A DNA stretch of 64,000 nucleotides. It comes from Mustelus asterias. Taxonomy: Eukaryota. A program made the position numbers and the translations under genes. The stretch's first letter is position 1. Each line of letters opens with the position of its first letter. The stretch covers positions 62,001 to 126,000 of the forward strand of contig NW_027590882.1 in the NCBI RefSeq assembly GCF_964213995.1, written 5' to 3'. Of the stretch, positions 61,333 to 64,000 are shown piece after piece. A model generated the notes under the pieces. It made no database searches. It saw nothing but the letters and a program-made list of their open reading frames with translations, and was not told the DNA's origin.

Positions 61333-63606
61333 TGATGTGGAGATGCCGGCGTTGGACTGGGGTAAACACAGTAAGAGGTCTCACAACACCAGGTTAAAGT
61401 CCAACAGGTTTATTTGGTAGCACAGGCTTTCGGAGTGTTCCTCCTTCAGGTGAGTGAAGAGATGTGTTCACAAACAGGGCATTCATAGACACAGACTCAA
61501 TTTACAAGATAATGGTTGGAATGCGAGTCTTTACAGGTAATCAAGTCTTTACAGGTACAGACAATGTGAGTGGAGAGAGGGTTAAGCACAGGTTAAAGAG
61601 GTGTGAATTGTCTCCAGCCAGGACAGTTACTGAGATTTTGCAATCCCAGGCAAGTCATGGAGGCAACAGGTAGTGTAACATGAACCCAAGATCCTGGTTG
61701 AGGCCGTCCTCATGTGTGCAGAACTTGGCTATCAGTTCTTGCTCGGCGATTCTGCGTTGTCGTGTGTCGTGAAGGCCACCTTGGAGAATAATTACCCGAA
61801 GATCAGAGGTTGAATGCCCGTGAGTGTTCCCCGACAGGAAGAGAACACTCCTGCCTGGTGATTGTCGAGCAGTGTTCATTCATCCATTGTCATAGCGTCC
61901 ACATGGTCTCGCCAATGTACCACGCCTCAGGACATCCTTTCTTGCATTGTATCAGGTAGACAACGTTGGCTGAGTCGCAAGAGTATGTACCGTGTACTTG
62001 GTGGTTGGTGTTTTCACGTGAGATGATGGTATCCTTGTCGATGATCCGGCACGTTTTGCAGGGGTTGCTGTGGCAGGGTTGTGTGGTGTCTTGGTCACTC
62101 CTGAAGGCTGGGTATTTTTCTGCGGACAATGGTCTGTTTGAGGTGCGTCAATGCCAGATTCATCAGCCACCCTCACGACACCCAAGCACAACGCAATGCC
62201 ATCTGCACTCTCAAGACCAACCACAACATTGTCATCAAACCAGCAGACAAAGGAGGGGCCACTGTCATGCTGAACAGAATGGATTACTGCAAAGAAGTGT
62301 ACCAACATTGAACAACAAGGAATACTACAGACAGTGATCCACAGATCCGACCAAAGAACACACCCATCAACTCAACAGACTGATCAAGACGTTTGGAACA
62401 TAGAACAGTACAGCACAGAACAGGCCCTTCGGCCCACGATGTTGTGCCGAGCTTTATCTGAAACCAAGATCAAGCTATCCCACTCCCTATCATCCTGGTG
62501 TGCTCCATGTGCCTATCCAATAACCGCTTAAATGTTCCTAAAGTGTCTGACTCCACTATCACTGCAGGCAGTCCATTCCACACCCCAACCACTCTCTGCG
62601 TAAAGAACCTACCTCTGATATCCTTCCTATATCTCCCACCATAAACCCTATAGTTATGCCCCCTTGTAATAGCTCCATCCACCCGAGGAAATAGTCTTTG
62701 AACGTTCACTCTATCTATCCCCTTCATCATTTTATAAACCTCTATTAAGTCTCCCCTCAGCCTCCTCCACTCCAGAGAGAACAGCCCCAGCTCCCTCAAC
62801 CTTTCCTCATAAGACCTACCCTCCAAACCAGGCAGCATCCTCGTAAATCTCCTCTGCACTCTTTCCAGCACTTCCACATCCTTCTTATAGTGAGGTGACC
62901 AGAACTGCACACGATATTCCAAATGTGGTCTCACCAAGGTCCTGTACAGTTGCAGCATAACCCCACGGCTCTTAAACTCCAACCCCCTGTTAATAAAAGC
63001 TAACACACTATAGGCCTTCTTCACAGCTCTATCCACTTGAGTGGCAACCTTTAGAGATCTGTGGATATGGACCCCAAGATCTCTCTGTTCCTCCACAGTC
63101 TTCAGAACCTTTGATTCAGACCTTCAGAGCACCCTCCGTGCTCTCATCCCACGTACTCCCCGTGTTGGAGATCTCCACTGCCTCCCGAAGATACACAAGG
63201 CCACACACGCAGTTGTCCCATCGTCTCAGGCAATGGGACCCTGTGCGAGAACCTCTCCAGCTACATCGTGGGTATCCTGAAACCCATTGTACAAAGAACC
63301 CCCAGCTTCTGTCGTGACACTATGGACTTCCTACAGAAACTCAGCTCACATGGAGCAGTTAAACCAGGAGCACTCCTCGTCACAATGGATATCTCAGCAC
63401 TCTACACCAGCATCCCCCACAATTATGATATTGCTGCAACTGCCTCAGTACTCAACGCCGACAACTGCCAATCTCCAGATGCAATTCTACAACTCATCCA
63501 CTTCATCCTGGACCACAATGTCTTCACCTTCAACAACCAGTTCTTCATCCAGACACACGGAACAGCCATGGGGACCAAATTCACATCTCAATATGCCAAC
63601 ATCTTC
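61333..63606. mobile_element. Penelope-like element (family A), rearranged: GIY-YIG plus terminus on minus (61333-62140), RT on plus (62141-63606)
   Basis: PCHSNPCKTC...YSCDSANVVYLIQCKKGCPEAWYIGET; IVIKPADKGG; LVTMDISALYTSIPH; QTHGTAMGT. Confidence 0.9.
62397..63110 (-). mobile_element. CR1 (family C) 3' fragment inserted into the Penelope RT
   Basis: Open frame 62470-63096; Penelope sequence resumes on both sides (flanks ACGTTTG / ACCTTTG). Confidence 0.93.
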
Positions 63607-64000
63607 ATAGAACATAGAACATAGAACAGTACAGCACAGAACAGGCCCTTCGGCCCACGATGTTGTGCCGAGCTTTATCTGAAACCAAGATCAAGCTATC
63701 CCACTCCCTATCATCCTGGTGTGCTCCATGTGCCTATCCAATAACCGCTTAAATGTTTCTAAAGTGTCTGACTCCACTATCACTGCAGGCAGTCCATTCC
63801 ACACCCCAACCACTCTCTGCGTAAAGAACCTACCTCTGATATCCGTCCTGTATCTCCCACCACGAACCCTATAGTTATGCCCCCTTGTAATAGCTCCATC
63901 CACCCGAGGAAATAGTCTTTGAACGTTCACTCTATCTATCCCCTTCATCATTTTATACACCTCTATTAAGTCTCCCCTCAGCCTCCTCCGCTCCAGAGAG
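63607..64000 (-). mobile_element. CR1 (family C) 3' end, running off the window
   Basis: Near-identical to 62397-62780. Confidence 0.93.

Overview
Eukaryotic, repeat-dominated DNA, almost certainly from a shark (HE1-type V-SINEs, SacSINE1-like DeuSINEs, abundant CR1 LINEs). Most of the supplied ORFs are LINE fragments or spurious antisense frames. The main host feature, largely missed by the ORF track, is a cluster of about five T-cell receptor alpha/delta-type V gene segments at 20.8-31.4 kb. They lie in mixed orientation, with leader exons, CRE promoter motifs, 23-type recombination signal sequences (RSS) and CTCF-like sites. Every one carries a disabling lesion; the best-preserved has a perfect V exon and RSS but a GT>AT leader splice donor. 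No D, J or C segments were recognised. To the right are a duplicated tRNA-Val(CAC) unit and KRAB-less C2H2 zinc-finger genes/pseudogenes with NRF1-like CpG promoters. Mobile DNA includes several CR1 families (some very young, nested, with clear target-site duplications), a near full-length Tx1 element, a head-to-tail triplet of a second Tx1 family, Rex1 and RTE fragments, a bipartite Rex1-tailed short element, and Penelope-like elements whose termini carry minimal hammerhead-ribozyme motifs, one as a TSD-flanked hairpin inside a V intron. All calls are by eye, without database searches; repeat boundaries are approximate.
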